A stretch of 64,000 bases of DNA from Candidatus Poribacteria bacterium (GCA_965215265.1 OZ244048.1:4064001-4128000); one strand, 5' to 3'. Positions 1 to 11,747 are shown, numbered from the stretch's first letter. Notes: a model not told the origin generated them from the letters alone. Made by a program: numbers and translations.

Positions 1-799
1 ACAAGCCGCTGATGAAAAAGACGCGAAGTGTATTCTGAAAAATAGAAATCCCAGCGGCTTCTGCCGCCGGTGGCCCGTCGCCGACTGCACGCAGTTGATA
101 CCCGTATGTCGTCCGGAATAAGACAAACGTCAGCCCTATTGCCAGTATCACTGCGATGACAATTCCGAGATGGATGCGGTGCGGTGGAAAGAGCCGGGGG
201 AGAAACATCCATTCTGGTAACCGGTCACTCTGCGGTCCACGGTGCATCGCTTCTTGTAATGGTCCGCCATCTATCATCATGTTAACTAAATAGATTGCGA
301 CGTAATTTAACATGATTGTGCTAATGACTTCATTGACACCTCGCGTAGTCTTAAGGATTGCCGGTAAGAGTCCCCATATTCCTCCTGCGAGTGCCCCGAA
401 TGCTAAACCGAGTGGAACCGCCAGCCACGGTGTCGTCGGCAATAGAACAGAGAGCTTTGTCCCGAACCAGGTCGTTGCCAATGCGCCCATTAACAACTGA
501 CCTTCTGCACCGATATTCCAGATGCCACACCTGAACGCGAGGACAACAGAGAGCCCTGTCATCAGAAACGGCGTACTTTTCACGAACGTTTCGCCCAATT
601 TCCGGCTGTTTCCGAAGGCCCCTGCGCCGGCGGCAGCGTATGCGTCTAACGGATTGTAACCACATAGCAACATAATGATGGCGTTTGTAAAAAATGCGCT
701 TGCCAGAATCATCACCGGAACAGCTGCGTATTTCAAAAATTTAAGTTCGGCAAACGTTAAGAATTGTCCCCGCAAGCGGGGTGAATTCTTATTTCTCAC
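1..799 (-). CDS. ABC transporter permease, nucleoside/sugar type (runs off window start)
   Basis: Open frame from GTG at 799 with hydrophobic helices and motifs WNIGAEGQL, GVNEVISTIMLNY, RMHLG; directly downstream of an ABC ATPase. Confidence 0.85.
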   Translation of the reverse strand, partial: MRNKNSPRLRGQFLTFAELKFLKYAAVPVMILASAFFTNAIIMLLCGYNPLDAYAAAGAGAFGNSRKLGETFVKSTPFLMTGLSVVLAFRCGIWNIGAEGQLLMGALATTWFGTKLSVLLPTTPWLAVPLGLAFGALAGGIWGLLPAILKTTRGVNEVISTIMLNYVAIYLVNMMIDGGPLQEAMHRGPQSDRLPEWMFLPRLFPPHRIHLGIVIAVILAIGLTFVLFRTTYGYQLRAVGDGPPAAEAAGISIFQNTLRVFFISGL

Positions 800-809
800 A
801 TGATTCAGA

Positions 810-2369
810 TTAGTCATCTGGTTTCGTTTCTCCAGTCATCAACAATCCGAGTGCGGCTATATCGTCGCGCTGCTCAGTCGCTTCATGTAATTTTCCGCTT
901 GACATGACATAGAGTCGATCGCTCAACTGAAGCACTTCGTCAAGTTCCGTTGAAATTAACAGTACCGATTTATTTGCATCGCGCTGCGCTAGGAGGTTTC
1001 GATGCACATAATTCATAGCACTCACATCTAACCCTCGGGTTGGGTTCACGGCAATGAGGAGCTCAGGACCTGTGCCTGCCCCGTGTGACATTTCGCGAGC
1101 GAGGACGACTTTCTGTTGATTTCCGCCGGAAAGCGCGTCAGCAGCCAGATTCGCCGTAGGCGGGCGAACATCATAGTCCGAAATCAAACGTGCTGTCGTT
1201 TCACGTTTCCTTTTCTGACTGAGTACACTCCATCGACTGTGTTCGTTTAAGTGCGACACACTTAGCAAAAGGTTTTCTGCAATTGAAAAAGAGCCGATGA
1301 TACCTATCGTCTGTCTATCCTCTGGAATATACCCAACCCCGAGCATCCGGACGGCTTTCGTGCCTTGTGGTTCAGTTCCGAGTATCTCTATTGTTCCGCG
1401 GGTCTTTTTTCGCAGCCCCATAATTGTCTCTGCTAGTTCGCGTTGTCCATTTCCGTCAACGCCGGCTATGCCGACAATTTCGCCTCGTTTTGTTTGTAGA
1501 GAGACATCAGTGACAGCGAGTTCGTTGCGAGTACCTCGGACGGTGAGGCGAGAAATGTTTAGCACTACGTCTGCGGTTGTGTGATGTTCTTCTCGGACGA
1601 GTTCCGTGATTTCTTCACCGAGCATCTCTTTCGCAAGTTCCCGTGCTGTCAATTCTCCTGTTTTACCGAGGTAGACTTTTTTGCCCCGCCGTAACACTGT
1701 AATCCTATCGCTGATGTGTAGGACTTCCTTCATCTTGTGGCTGATTAAGATAATGGAACGGTTATCTGTCTTTAGGTTGTGAAGAATGGTGAAGAAGTCT
1801 TCTACTTCGTGGGGGCTCAGCACCGCGGTCGGTTCATCAAGGATAAGAATGCGTGCGTCCATAGCCAGTGCCTTTAAGATTTCAACCCGCTGCTTTAACC
1901 CGACTGAAAGTGTTCTGATGATAGCATTTGCATCGACGGCAAGCCCGAACTGCTGCGATAGGGCTTCCGTAGTGCGCACGGCCTCTGCTTTCTTAAAGCG
2001 ATATTTTTGTATGATGGCGGATAGCGGATTCGAGGTATTTGGCGGTTGCGTTTTAAGGCTCAGGGCGATGTTTTCGGCAACGCTCAGGTTCTCAATTAGC
2101 ATAAAGTGCTGATGCACCATCCCGATGCCGTTGGCAATGGCATCTCGTGGCGAGCGGAAGACTTTGTGTTTTCCGGAAATATAGATGCTCCCATTAGACG
2201 GTTGGTAGAGGCCATAAATGAGATTCATCAAGGTTGACTTCCCAGCCCCGTTCTCACCCAAAACGGCGTGAATTTCGGATTTTCTCAAGGCAAAATCGAC
2301 TTTGTCAACTGCAACCAGGGAGCCAAACGTCTTGGTTATGTTCTGGAGTTGTAAGATATTTTCTTCCAT
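810..2369 (-). CDS. ABC transporter ATP-binding protein, two ABC domains (nucleoside/sugar type)
   Basis: Walker A GENGAGKST, LILDEPT, LSGGNQQK; start placed at MEENIL. Confidence 0.92.
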   Translation of the reverse strand: MEENILQLQNITKTFGSLVAVDKVDFALRKSEIHAVLGENGAGKSTLMNLIYGLYQPSNGSIYISGKHKVFRSPRDAIANGIGMVHQHFMLIENLSVAENIALSLKTQPPNTSNPLSAIIQKYRFKKAEAVRTTEALSQQFGLAVDANAIIRTLSVGLKQRVEILKALAMDARILILDEPTAVLSPHEVEDFFTILHNLKTDNRSIILISHKMKEVLHISDRITVLRRGKKVYLGKTGELTARELAKEMLGEEITELVREEHHTTADVVLNISRLTVRGTRNELAVTDVSLQTKRGEIVGIAGVDGNGQRELAETIMGLRKKTRGTIEILGTEPQGTKAVRMLGVGYIPEDRQTIGIIGSFSIAENLLLSVSHLNEHSRWSVLSQKRKRETTARLISDYDVRPPTANLAADALSGGNQQKVVLAREMSHGAGTGPELLIAVNPTRGLDVSAMNYVHRNLLAQRDANKSVLLISTELDEVLQLSDRLYVMSSGKLHEATEQRDDIAALGLLMTGETKPDD

Positions 2370-2401
2370 TGAAATCGCGCTTCGCAGTTTATCCGGACAA
2401 A

Positions 2402-3298
2402 TTAACGTTGTGCCCACCGTGCTGTACGTGCAGTAGTCAACCCGCCATCGTACGCCACAATGCGAAGTGAGATTGTCCAACTCTTGCCTGCTGGTGTTGA
2501 TATCGCGTCTCTCCACGTCGGGTTGTAGAGTGCCATGCCGTAGTCGCGGATAAACCAGGGACCGCGAATTCCTTCGTTGAGAATTGTCATCCAGATGCCG
2601 AAGTGCCCGTGTCCAGGGAGACGGTTTTGGTATGCAACAAAGTCTGAGTCACTCTCGTGAACGACTTCGGCATCACCTGCTCGGTTATTGTCGCCCAGGA
2701 TAACGCCCCCCATAACCGGCAGCAGCCTCGGTTCAACGCGAATCCCGATGCTCCCATACTTAGTCTGCGGATAGGTAACATCCCCATAAGCGGCGACTTT
2801 CTCGCTTGTCATATCACAGACAGTGGCATCGCAGAGTGCACTGAGATTTACCGTGCGGGTTTCCTCGATGAGAGGTTTCTCATTCGCGTCACGCCAAATA
2901 ACATTTTGAATGAATTTAACGCCGTCCGCGTGCGGCATAATGTCTATTTCTTTTTGTGTATCCATCCGTCCGAGGTTCGTGAAAATTTTGTCTGTAAAGG
3001 AGCGCCGTGGCGGTGCCGCCCAAAAGTTAGCTTCCCTTTTTTGCCCGGTTTCTTCTGATATAGGTGTGCTACTGTCAATCGCACCGGTTACAGAAACAGG
3101 TCCTTGTCCGACAAAGACACCGTTGTGAAACGGATGATCGAAGGCGAATTCCTGAATGACGGTATGTCCGGCGGGGGTATAGAGCGGAAAGACAAAAGGA
3201 CGGTAAAAGTTGGCACCGACACCTCCTAAACAGCGGCCCGTATTGCTTTCAATAACTAAGTGTGTTTTTGCATTGACTTTGACTTCGAAGTTACTCAT
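2402..3298 (-). CDS. PmoA-like/DUF6807 family protein
   Basis: RPFVFPLYTPAG...DHPFHNG and PWFIRDYG motifs resemble this family. Confidence 0.6.
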   Translation of the reverse strand: MSNFEVKVNAKTHLVIESNTGRCLGGVGANFYRPFVFPLYTPAGHTVIQEFAFDHPFHNGVFVGQGPVSVTGAIDSSTPISEETGQKREANFWAAPPRRSFTDKIFTNLGRMDTQKEIDIMPHADGVKFIQNVIWRDANEKPLIEETRTVNLSALCDATVCDMTSEKVAAYGDVTYPQTKYGSIGIRVEPRLLPVMGGVILGDNNRAGDAEVVHESDSDFVAYQNRLPGHGHFGIWMTILNEGIRGPWFIRDYGMALYNPTWRDAISTPAGKSWTISLRIVAYDGGLTTARTARWAQR

Positions 3299-3601
3299 AA
3301 TTTTCTCGTTCCGTAACAGGTCTGATAAGGCACATCGTAAACGTAGATTTATTTTGGCAGCTCACCCGACTCGTTGGCGAATTTTCGTGGTTCTCTAGCT
3401 CAGAGAATATATTGATTGTACACAACTAGACACTCTTTTGTAGTTTACCATAGAAGTCTCATTTTTTGTTAGCAAAAAATTGGGTTTTCATATATAATAC
3501 AAACGGTCTTCATTCATATATGCGAAGAAATTTTCTGTGTTTTGTTCTGAAATGCCGTTTGATTAGCGTGAAGATTGAATGAAAAGAAAAAGGAATTTAT
3601 T

Positions 3602-4372
3602 ATGCAAAGAAGACGCGCTAGAGCGCGATACTGTAAAGGGGAGTTAATTGAACGCGAAGACTTCTCTGAAGATTTAGCAGCGTTCAAATTTCGTACGGAG
3701 AAAGCACTTCCGTTTATTCCGGGGCAATACGCAACTATCGGTTTTGAAATTGGGGAAAAGATTGTCCAGCGTCCCTACTCTATTGTCTCTTCCCCCCATG
3801 AGCCGTTCATGGAAGTTTTTGTGGAATTGGTACCGGAAGGCGAAACTACCCCGCTCTTTTGGGAACTGAAACTTGGGGACTACGTTTTTTTCCGGGAACG
3901 TCTCGTCGGGAAGTTTATATTGGATACACAGAGCGGCTTGACTCGGCATCTGATGGCAGGAACGGTTACGGGGGCGGCCCCATACATTAGTATTGCACGT
4001 ACGCAAAAAATCGAGCAAGAACGCGGGGAACCGAGTCCACATCAGATTTTGTCAATTGTCGGGGCGAGCCGTTCATGGGAACTTGGATACTACTTGGATG
4101 AACTCAACGAACTCGCTGCACAAGAAGAGTGGTTCACCTTTATTCCTACGGTGAGCCGTCCCTGGGAAGATCCCGAATGGCAAGGTGAAAGTGGGCGCGC
4201 TGAAGATGTGATTCGTAAATATGGGGACGCGCACGGCTTCGACCGGACGAGCGCTGTTGTTTATGCTTGTGGGCACCCACAAATGATTGAGAATGCTAAA
4301 GCAATCTGGGCACGGGCACGTTTTCCGGAAGAACAGATTAAAGAGGAAAAATTCTTTGTGATTAAACAGTAG
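3602..4372 (+). CDS. fpr: Ferredoxin-NADP+ reductase
   Basis: FIPGQY, RPYSIVS, TVTGAAPY, YACGHPQMI, terminal EEKFF. Confidence 0.88.
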   Translation: MQRRRARARYCKGELIEREDFSEDLAAFKFRTEKALPFIPGQYATIGFEIGEKIVQRPYSIVSSPHEPFMEVFVELVPEGETTPLFWELKLGDYVFFRERLVGKFILDTQSGLTRHLMAGTVTGAAPYISIARTQKIEQERGEPSPHQILSIVGASRSWELGYYLDELNELAAQEEWFTFIPTVSRPWEDPEWQGESGRAEDVIRKYGDAHGFDRTSAVVYACGHPQMIENAKAIWARARFPEEQIKEEKFFVIKQ

Positions 4373-4437
4373 CTTTCCGTTTCAATATCGACTGCGCTGC
4401 TGCGCCTTGATATCTACCCAATTCGTAATCATCTCGT

Positions 4438-4495
4438 AAATCTCGTCGGAGTGATTCCAGTGTCCTTCCCGCATCGCTATTCCTCCGACGAGATT
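4438..4495. repeat. Inverted repeat of the dispersed-repeat core; possible terminator
   Basis: AAATCTCGTCGGAG ... CTCCGACGAGATTT followed by a T-run, downstream of fpr. Confidence 0.6.
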
Positions 4496-4525
4496 TTTTG
4501 TTTTTATTGCTGGATATGAATAAAG

Positions 4526-5098
4526 ATGAATTCTTCAAAACAAAGGAAAAATAAAAACATCCGCTGGCGGGTTATTTGGCTTGGGCTCGGTCTCATCCCG
4601 TTCAACAATTATTGGGTTTTCGCATCGCTTCGTTGGGACCAAGGCTTCCCGACGACGATGTCCCTCTTTTTTAATTCTATCTTCGCGTTGTGCGTGTTAA
4701 TAACGCTTAATGCCGTGTTTCGCAAATTTTCGCCAGAGGCTGCGCTAACGCAAGGTGAATTACTCACGCTCTATGCGATGCTGTCGATAGCATCGGCTAT
4801 CTGTGGACACGACCTGTTTGAAGTTATCATCACCAACATTGCCACGGTCGGCTGGCTGGCGACTGAAGAGAATGAGTGGGCGACGCTTTTCCATCGATAT
4901 ATCCCGCACTGGCTCGCGCTCACTGATAAAAACCACTTAACTGTCTATTTTACAGGTGAGTCTAGTCTTTATCTCAAGCCGCATCTTGAATTGTGGGGGC
5001 ACCCCGTGCTGGCATGGAGCGGGTTTATCATTGTGCTGCTTTTCACGACGTTTTGCATCTTTGATTCACGCGCCAAACATCGTCCCAATCAAAGCTAA
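4526..5098 (+). pseudogene. Truncated DUF6785-like membrane protein (N-terminal part only)
   Basis: LTQGELLTLYAML and ATEENEWATLFHRYIPHW motifs; 190 aa with an abrupt non-hydrophobic tail at the island edge. Confidence 0.55.
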
Positions 5099-5139
5099 CT
5101 TCTAGTAGGGCAATTCATTGTCTGAGGCATAATTCATGC

Positions 5140-6414
5140 CTATGGAGGAGACAGCGGTTCAGCAGTCTCTTTTGTGAGTTTACCGCGGGGAAAAGGAAGC
5201 AGTGGGACGATGTCTTCTGGCAGCTTAGTGCCCGGTTTCGGCTTAAATTTGGCAGCGAGTTCTGGTTCGAGTTCTATCGCTTTTGCATAGTCTTCTATGG
5301 CATCCTCAGTTTTACCTTTTTCGAAGTAAGCAACGCCACGATTGTAATAGGCTTCAGCGAGTTCTGGTTCGAGTTCTATCGCTTTGGTATGGTCTTCGAT
5401 GGCACGATCCAACTCGCCTTTTTCTCTATAAATCGCGCCGCGGTTGCTATAAGCCTCGGCGAGTTCTGGTTCAAGTTCTATCGCTTTTGCATAGTCTTTG
5501 ATGGCGTGATCCAACTCGCCTTTTTCTTTATAAGTCGCGCCGCGGTTGCTATAAGCCTCGGCGAGTTCTGGTTCGAGTTCTATCGCAGCGTTAAAGTCTT
5601 CGATGGCGCGATCCAACTCGCCTTTTTTGCTGTAAGTATTACCGCGATTGTTATATGCATCGGCATAATCCGGTTGAAGTTCTATCGCTTTTGTATAGTC
5701 TTCAATCGCCCGTTCAATCTCGGACATTTTTGCATAAGCGGCACCGCGATTGCAATAAACGCCGGCAAGATCCGGCCTGAGGCGTATCGCCTCATTATGG
5801 TCCTTAATAGCGAAATTTAGCAGTCCTGCTGTCACATAAGCCCTGCCACGATTGCTATACGCCTGGGCAAAGGTTGAGCGAAATTCTATCGCTTTTGTAT
5901 AGTCTTCAATCGCCCGTTCAACATCGCCTTTATCGTCGTGGTAGGCAGCGCCGCGATTGTTATATGCATCGGCATAATCATATTTCAGTTTTATCGCCTC
6001 GTCATAGTCTTCAATGGCGCGGTTGATTTCGGATTTGCGGTGATACGTTAAACCGCGATAGAAATATGCGTGTGCAAAATCAGGTTTGAGTTTTATTGCG
6101 TGTTCCAAGTCTTTAAGGGCACGCTCAAATTCTCCCTTTTTGCTATAAGCCATGCCGCGGTTATTATACGCATACGCGTTGGTTGGCTCGAGTTTTATCG
6201 CTTCGTTATAGTCAGAGATAGCAACATCCACTTGCCCCTTGGCGTAGTGAGCGAACCCGCGGTTTTTGTAGGCTCTGGCAAAATCTGGCTTGAGTTCAAT
6301 AGCCACGTTATAATCCTCAATGGCTTCATCGTACTTGTTCACAGTTAACCGAAAATTTGCGCTTTGAAAATAGTTGTAGGAGCGCTTGTCTGTGTCAGAC
6401 TGCTTATTTTTCAT
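5140..6414 (-). CDS. Tetratricopeptide repeat protein (about 11 TPRs)
   Basis: 34-aa repeats AYxNRGxAY...AIEDYxKAIELxP; RBS GGAGGAG upstream of ATG 6414. Confidence 0.92.
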   Translation of the reverse strand: MKNKQSDTDKRSYNYFQSANFRLTVNKYDEAIEDYNVAIELKPDFARAYKNRGFAHYAKGQVDVAISDYNEAIKLEPTNAYAYNNRGMAYSKKGEFERALKDLEHAIKLKPDFAHAYFYRGLTYHRKSEINRAIEDYDEAIKLKYDYADAYNNRGAAYHDDKGDVERAIEDYTKAIEFRSTFAQAYSNRGRAYVTAGLLNFAIKDHNEAIRLRPDLAGVYCNRGAAYAKMSEIERAIEDYTKAIELQPDYADAYNNRGNTYSKKGELDRAIEDFNAAIELEPELAEAYSNRGATYKEKGELDHAIKDYAKAIELEPELAEAYSNRGAIYREKGELDRAIEDHTKAIELEPELAEAYYNRGVAYFEKGKTEDAIEDYAKAIELEPELAAKFKPKPGTKLPEDIVPLLPFPRGKLTKETAEPLSPP

Positions 6415-7264
6415 CGTGGTGCTCCTCCATAGTCCGGTAAGGCAAGAGTCGATCGTAGGGATGTGCATGCGTGTTTCTCTGAAAAAAAGCCAACAGATCG
6501 GCAAAGAGTGTTTTCTCAGAGATTCCGATTTTTGCTAATGTCGTTCTCAAACTTTCTTTGCAGCCACTAGGGATTACGAATTCTCCTGCAAACATCCCTG
6601 CATCTACTTCAAGCCCGCCAAATAGAAATACTGATTGCTGCATCATCATACGTTGGATGTCTACTGTCCGACTATCTAAAGTGGGTTTCCAGAGATACCA
6701 CTGTTTTTCATCGGACTGTTCTTTATCGATAGAAAAAAAATCATCTAGCTCCTGTTGAAGTCTGTTTTTCGTAGTTATTTCTTCAATTTTTTTACTATCC
6801 TTCTCTAACATAATAATCTTGCCGTCTGTATTCTTACTACCATCACAAGCAAACCAAAGGGCAACAAGGGGACTGAATGTAAAATCGATCAATGCTGTCG
6901 CAACTCCGTTGTGCTGCAAATGTGCCATACACTCTAACTGCGACAGGTCTCTGTAGGTAGAGGGGTACCGTAGTTGAATCTCGTCAACAATCTGTTTCAA
7001 GTAGCCGACAAACAAGTCAACTAACGCACCTAGTTCCGCCTCGGTTTGCCCTTCTGATAACGAACTGTGTTCAGAGTCGGTTTGCGTTTCCAATAAACCG
7101 GAGGCAGTACCGGTTTGCCTTACCAAGCGGCGATAAGCACTACTGGTCACTTGCCACGCTTCATCTTCCTGACCGCGATAGAGATAGCTTTTTTCCGGAT
7201 TGGTGATTTCATCTATTCGGTGGATGTAGTCCGTCAAGTTAGATATTTTAATCGGTGAATTCAT
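6404..7264 (-). CDS. FRG domain protein
   Basis: LYRGQ, LQHNGVATALIDFTFSPLVALWFAC, RMMMQQSVF. Confidence 0.85.
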   Translation of the reverse strand: MNSPIKISNLTDYIHRIDEITNPEKSYLYRGQEDEAWQVTSSAYRRLVRQTGTASGLLETQTDSEHSSLSEGQTEAELGALVDLFVGYLKQIVDEIQLRYPSTYRDLSQLECMAHLQHNGVATALIDFTFSPLVALWFACDGSKNTDGKIIMLEKDSKKIEEITTKNRLQQELDDFFSIDKEQSDEKQWYLWKPTLDSRTVDIQRMMMQQSVFLFGGLEVDAGMFAGEFVIPSGCKESLRTTLAKIGISEKTLFADLLAFFQRNTHAHPYDRLLPYRTMEEHHDEK

Positions 7265-7541
7265 GCAGTGCTGCTTCTGTTGCTATACTTCTCCAACCAA
7301 TCATTGTTAAATTATATAACTTACCAGTAAATTTGTCAATTTTTTTGTATATTTCAGCCCCATCAACGCTTAGGTATTGACAGCTCGTGTGAAAATCTCG
7401 TCTGAGCCGTTCGATGTTTCGTCTCTAAATTAACTCATCAAGATCAGCACAGGCAGCTGTTTCCCTATTAAGGGACTCAACACTTCCAGCCGCATGTTGA
7501 TAGCAAACAAAAATTTGCCTACCCATAAACGGTTTATACAC

Positions 7542-10500
7542 TCAATCTTGGCTCCCCTCCACAATCGCAACCTCTTCGGGACTTAAGTTGTATAATGAAT
7601 AGACGAGACAATCAATCTCCTTTTCAAAATCTGATACGTCAGCGTCAGGATCTATGTATTTGGCCGAGAGGATTTGATTTGCCAATTCAATAATCGGTAA
7701 TTGCTGTTGAGTAGACACTTTTGGGATGGGTAATTCTTTTGCATCGTTGGGGTAACAATGTAAACCCTCGCTTAAGAAGCTGCGGAAATACCAATTTGTG
7801 ACTCCAGAATTTAAAACCCCCAAGAGAAATTTGTAATCATACTGCTTAGTGAATTTGTTATTAGAGTATTGTGTTGCACGGCGTGCCGAGATATGAGCAG
7901 CACCGGAGAGTAAATCTAGTCGAACACAGTTTACAACCGTGTTGCAGTTGTAGAACCCTTCAGCATCATAAGCAAATCGTAACTGATCTTTTACAACATT
8001 GATAAATATCAACTTCTCGTTTTCAAAAAGTTCTGGAAACATAGGATTGTAGTGCTCATTTGGTGAATAATTTAACCAGCCTGCTTGAGAAAACGTGTAA
8101 CGCCCAATGTTTTTCCCTTCACAAAATGGCTTACTACCTGAAATAGGGTTCTCACTGATGTAGTGCTTCTTTCTTTTTCTCGCTGAGGCGGAATTAAGTC
8201 TGGCACCGTAAGCGACAAGACAAATCTGATCTAAACGCGCAGCGCTCTGCCATATTTTGTTTTTGACTTTGAGACTATTAAAGATTTGTGGATTCGTTTC
8301 AAGACGGGAATCTTTTAATTCTGCGAAGACGTGTTGATCTATGAAAAATCCCTTCCCGCCACGTGTATCAAAATCCGCGTTGCTAGTATGTAATCGGACT
8401 CTCGTTTTGATCGTGCTTTTTTCCTTACCAACCAGCAAAATGATATTATAGACGACTGCATTCTCGAAAATCCGATAACTACTAGCATCTACAACTTCGC
8501 GAATGGCATAATTTTTTATGAGAAGTTGGCGCATTTTCTCTCCATATTTTTGTTTCGCAAACGCTGAAGGTAGAATGAAACACATTATTCCCTTCGTCTG
8601 TAGAATGGAAAGGGATTTTTCGAGGAAAGCGATGTAAATATCTGTTCTCATTTTACAGGCTTGATAGTTTTGGAATAGATACTTCCTCATCGGAATAGGA
8701 AGATTCGTAATCTGAATATAGGGTGGATTCCCAATAACCACATCAAACCCCTTAGTAATACCGAACATCCATCCTGCATCAAACCAATCTGCTTTCGTGT
8801 TCTGGTCGTAGGGATTCCAGTGCGCGAGGTTCTCTGCATCTTCGTCCGGCAACCCTACCTGCTTTAGTTCTGCTGCCAATGCTTTGCGCAACGTTTTGTC
8901 TTTGGCAATGCACGCCAGTTTTTTCTGCCGGGTGGTGGCATGGAAGTGACGCTCACGATTCTCGCGCAGCTGCCGCTCTAACTCTCGTGCAGCGTTGCTC
9001 GTTAACCCCCGTTCCCCGTTTAGCCCGATTAGCGTATTGGCTGCCAGAAAACGCGTCTCAAGGTTTGGCAGCGGTTTGATACCGAAATTTTCCACGGCCT
9101 CATCCGGCACCTGCTCTATCGCGAGTGAAATGAAAAAACGGAGCTTGGCAATCTGGCAAGCCATCGGTTGGATATCTACACCGAAGAGACTATTTTGAAT
9201 CAGATACAACTTCCTGCCGAAGTCTGAATCCCGGTAACGTTTGAACGTCTCGTCTATTTCTAACAGGGCATCGCGGCGGGTTTGGTCGTCTTTCGTTTCG
9301 AACGCGCTTTCTGCCCTTTCTATCGCGTGTTCCTTCTGCAGACGTTCCCAGTGGCTGTTGTCCGGATCCAGTCTCCGCAGGGCGAGGGTGAGTTTATGCA
9401 GTATCCCCATCGGAAACGCACCAGAACCCACCGCCGGATCAAGGATTTTGAGCCGGGAAATTGCACGAACAAGGCAAGATGTTTCCTTGTCATCAAACTG
9501 TTCGTGAGCACCCTGAAACGCTTGGGCGTAATCAAACAGATGCCGCAACCGTTCTTCCCAGGGCTTTGCATCACCATCGCTGGGTTCGCATTTTTGCGAT
9601 AAAACACTCACTAACGTTTCGTCTACCATGTAGTCCACGATGGCACGTGGCGTATAGTAGGACCCGGTCTGTTTACGCGCTGTTGCCCCGGTTTCCGGGT
9701 TGCAGGCGGCGAGAAGGTTTTCAAACACCTTGCCGAGCAGTTCTGGATCGAGTGCGACTTCTTGTTCAATGGGTGTGTTTTCCTCGACGGTAAACTTATA
9801 GTGAGCGAAGAGAGGAAAGAGGCCGCGTGTTTTGTGAAAGAAGAGTTTTGCGGGGACGTGTAGTTTTTGTCGAACCGTTTTGTTATCAGAGAAACAGTCT
9901 ATTCGGACACCGCCGTCGCCGGTTGCCTCAAAGGTATCGAGGCAGTCAAATAGGCCGCCGTTGACAAATGGGACGTGCTTTAGGTTTTGAAGGAAGGTGT
10001 CGGGTTGTTGGAGCAGGTCAGCGTATCGGTATTTACTTGAATCGCGATGGGTTGGGTTCGCGCGTGTGCTAAAGGCACGTGCATTTATGGGTGTGTTGAG
10101 AGTAGCAAAGAATAGGTTTTGGAGGATGGCTTGGTAGTAATCGGATGTGTCGGGCTCAAAGTTTTTGAGGTGTGCGTGCAGGCTGCTTTCTATCGTGGAG
10201 GTAGGAATAAGACTTAACGTCTGTAAAGGGGGGGGCTTCAGACAGTTCGTTGTTTTGCAGGCTTACCTGCCCACTCTCCTCGGAATCTTTAAACAACCAC
10301 TCGGGGACCAACCCCTTTTCTTTCAAGAACCATATAAAGAGCAGCCGCGTGATGAGGCGGATGATGTGTTCCTCGGGACTTAACGTCTTCAGTTCGTCTG
10401 TCGGGAACTTGGCTTCCCTCACTGCCCACTCAAACCAGCTGAACAACCTTCCGTAGAACTGCTTATTGAGGGCTTCGGTGTTGAGTTTCGCAAGCCAGGC

Positions 10501-11127
10501 GGATAGCAGTCCGTCGAAGTTTTTCTGTCTGTTATTTGCGTCCATCCAGTTCAGACATTCTGTTAGTGAAAGTTCAGAGAGGATATCCAGATGCGCGCGG
10601 TGCGGCTCCTCCAGACGAATGTCCTTGATGAGTGTCACTTGCTGGAGCACATCGCGTTCTGGGTTGTGCTCGTGTGGACGGCGTCCCACGAAACCGATGG
10701 TTAGGCGGTTTGCCACGCGAAATAACACCACCGTTGGTGCAATAAGCCGCTTATTGATTTCTCGCGTAAATTCGGCGTAGGCGCTGCGGGAGTAGGTTTT
10801 CTCTTTTAGTTCGACAGCGAAGAAAAAGAAGCTTTCGATGCGGTTTTCTTCCAAGAATTCGAACGGCTGTTGCGTTTGGGCATCTATTTCAGCGTCTGTG
10901 ATCTGAAAGATGAAGTGTACGGATTCTGCGTTGTTTCGGAGTGCTTGTTCCGTTTGGGTGTTTGGGTTGAATGCGGGGAACGTCTCAATAAAGTCGGTGC
11001 CTGTTCCGGAAAAGTCCTCCGTCAATTCGCTTCGGTAGCCTAAGGTAGCCAAGAGGTCTTTCGCAGTTTGTAAAAAGGTGCCGGTGGATATTGCTGCGAG
11101 AGCGTTTTTGATATGTGCTTTGTTCAT
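7542..11127 (-). pseudogene. Type IIG (Eco57I-like) restriction-modification enzyme, frameshifted at a G8 tract
   Basis: GSYYTP, ILDPAVGSGAF and GNPPY motifs plus a C-terminal TRD; the downstream frame stays open to ~10230 (YYQAILQNLFF, PFVNGGLF, DPELLGKVFE); removing one G at 10228-10235 joins both ORFs into 1194 aa. Confidence 0.85.
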
Positions 11128-11224
11128 GCGTTTGTTCCTGCAGTCAGATGCTCTGTGCTTTGTGATTCTGTTGCACATCACGGTGTACTGAAGCCGTAGA
11201 GGCTTATCCGTTCTCGGCTAATTA

Positions 11225-11692
11225 TTACTTTTCGGGTCTTCGCCAAGGGCTGCAGTGTGAGGCAAAACGTTTTAGTGCGCCACTTTTAACGATAATTGCC
11301 TCAGGGCGTAGGATAGTTGCATACGATGTCAGTAGAGCGATAGTATCAAGCAGAGAGTTATAGCCTGACAAGCCGGAGATGTCAATGTAGATTTTACTGA
11401 ACGGCTCGGCAAGTTCAAGGGCTGCTCTCACATCAAACCCGTCAAGCACTTCAAAATGAAGTTCAGGGTATATTTCCCGTGCCCGTTCGATGCATTTTTG
11501 ACTGATGTCAGTGGCGATGATTTTCTTGCAATGCGGTGCGATTAACGTTGTGGTTGTCCCCCATTCGCATCCGATTTCCAAGACAACGTCATCCGAATTG
11601 ACCCACGTTGGGATTGTATCTCGATATTCCTTAACGCCGCGCGTTGCAATGAACTCGGTTTGACTTTCAAATAATTGATTTTTACCTGCCAT
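11225..11692 (-). CDS. Class I SAM-dependent methyltransferase
   Basis: VLEIGCEWG and IIATDIS motifs. Confidence 0.8.
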   Translation of the reverse strand: MAGKNQLFESQTEFIATRGVKEYRDTIPTWVNSDDVVLEIGCEWGTTTTLIAPHCKKIIATDISQKCIERAREIYPELHFEVLDGFDVRAALELAEPFSKIYIDISGLSGYNSLLDTIALLTSYATILRPEAIIVKSGALKRFASHCSPWRRPEK

Positions 11693-11747
11693 TGGCAGCC
11701 TTTCTGTTACACGGTTTTCGGCAAAAAAGTTAAATAATAACTTATTT

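Noticed and set aside
6404-6504. FRG-TPR as one frameshifted fusion
   Set aside because: The TPR gene has its own GGAGGAG-N7-ATG overlapping the FRG stop, so a coupled pair is simpler; a fusion is not fully excluded
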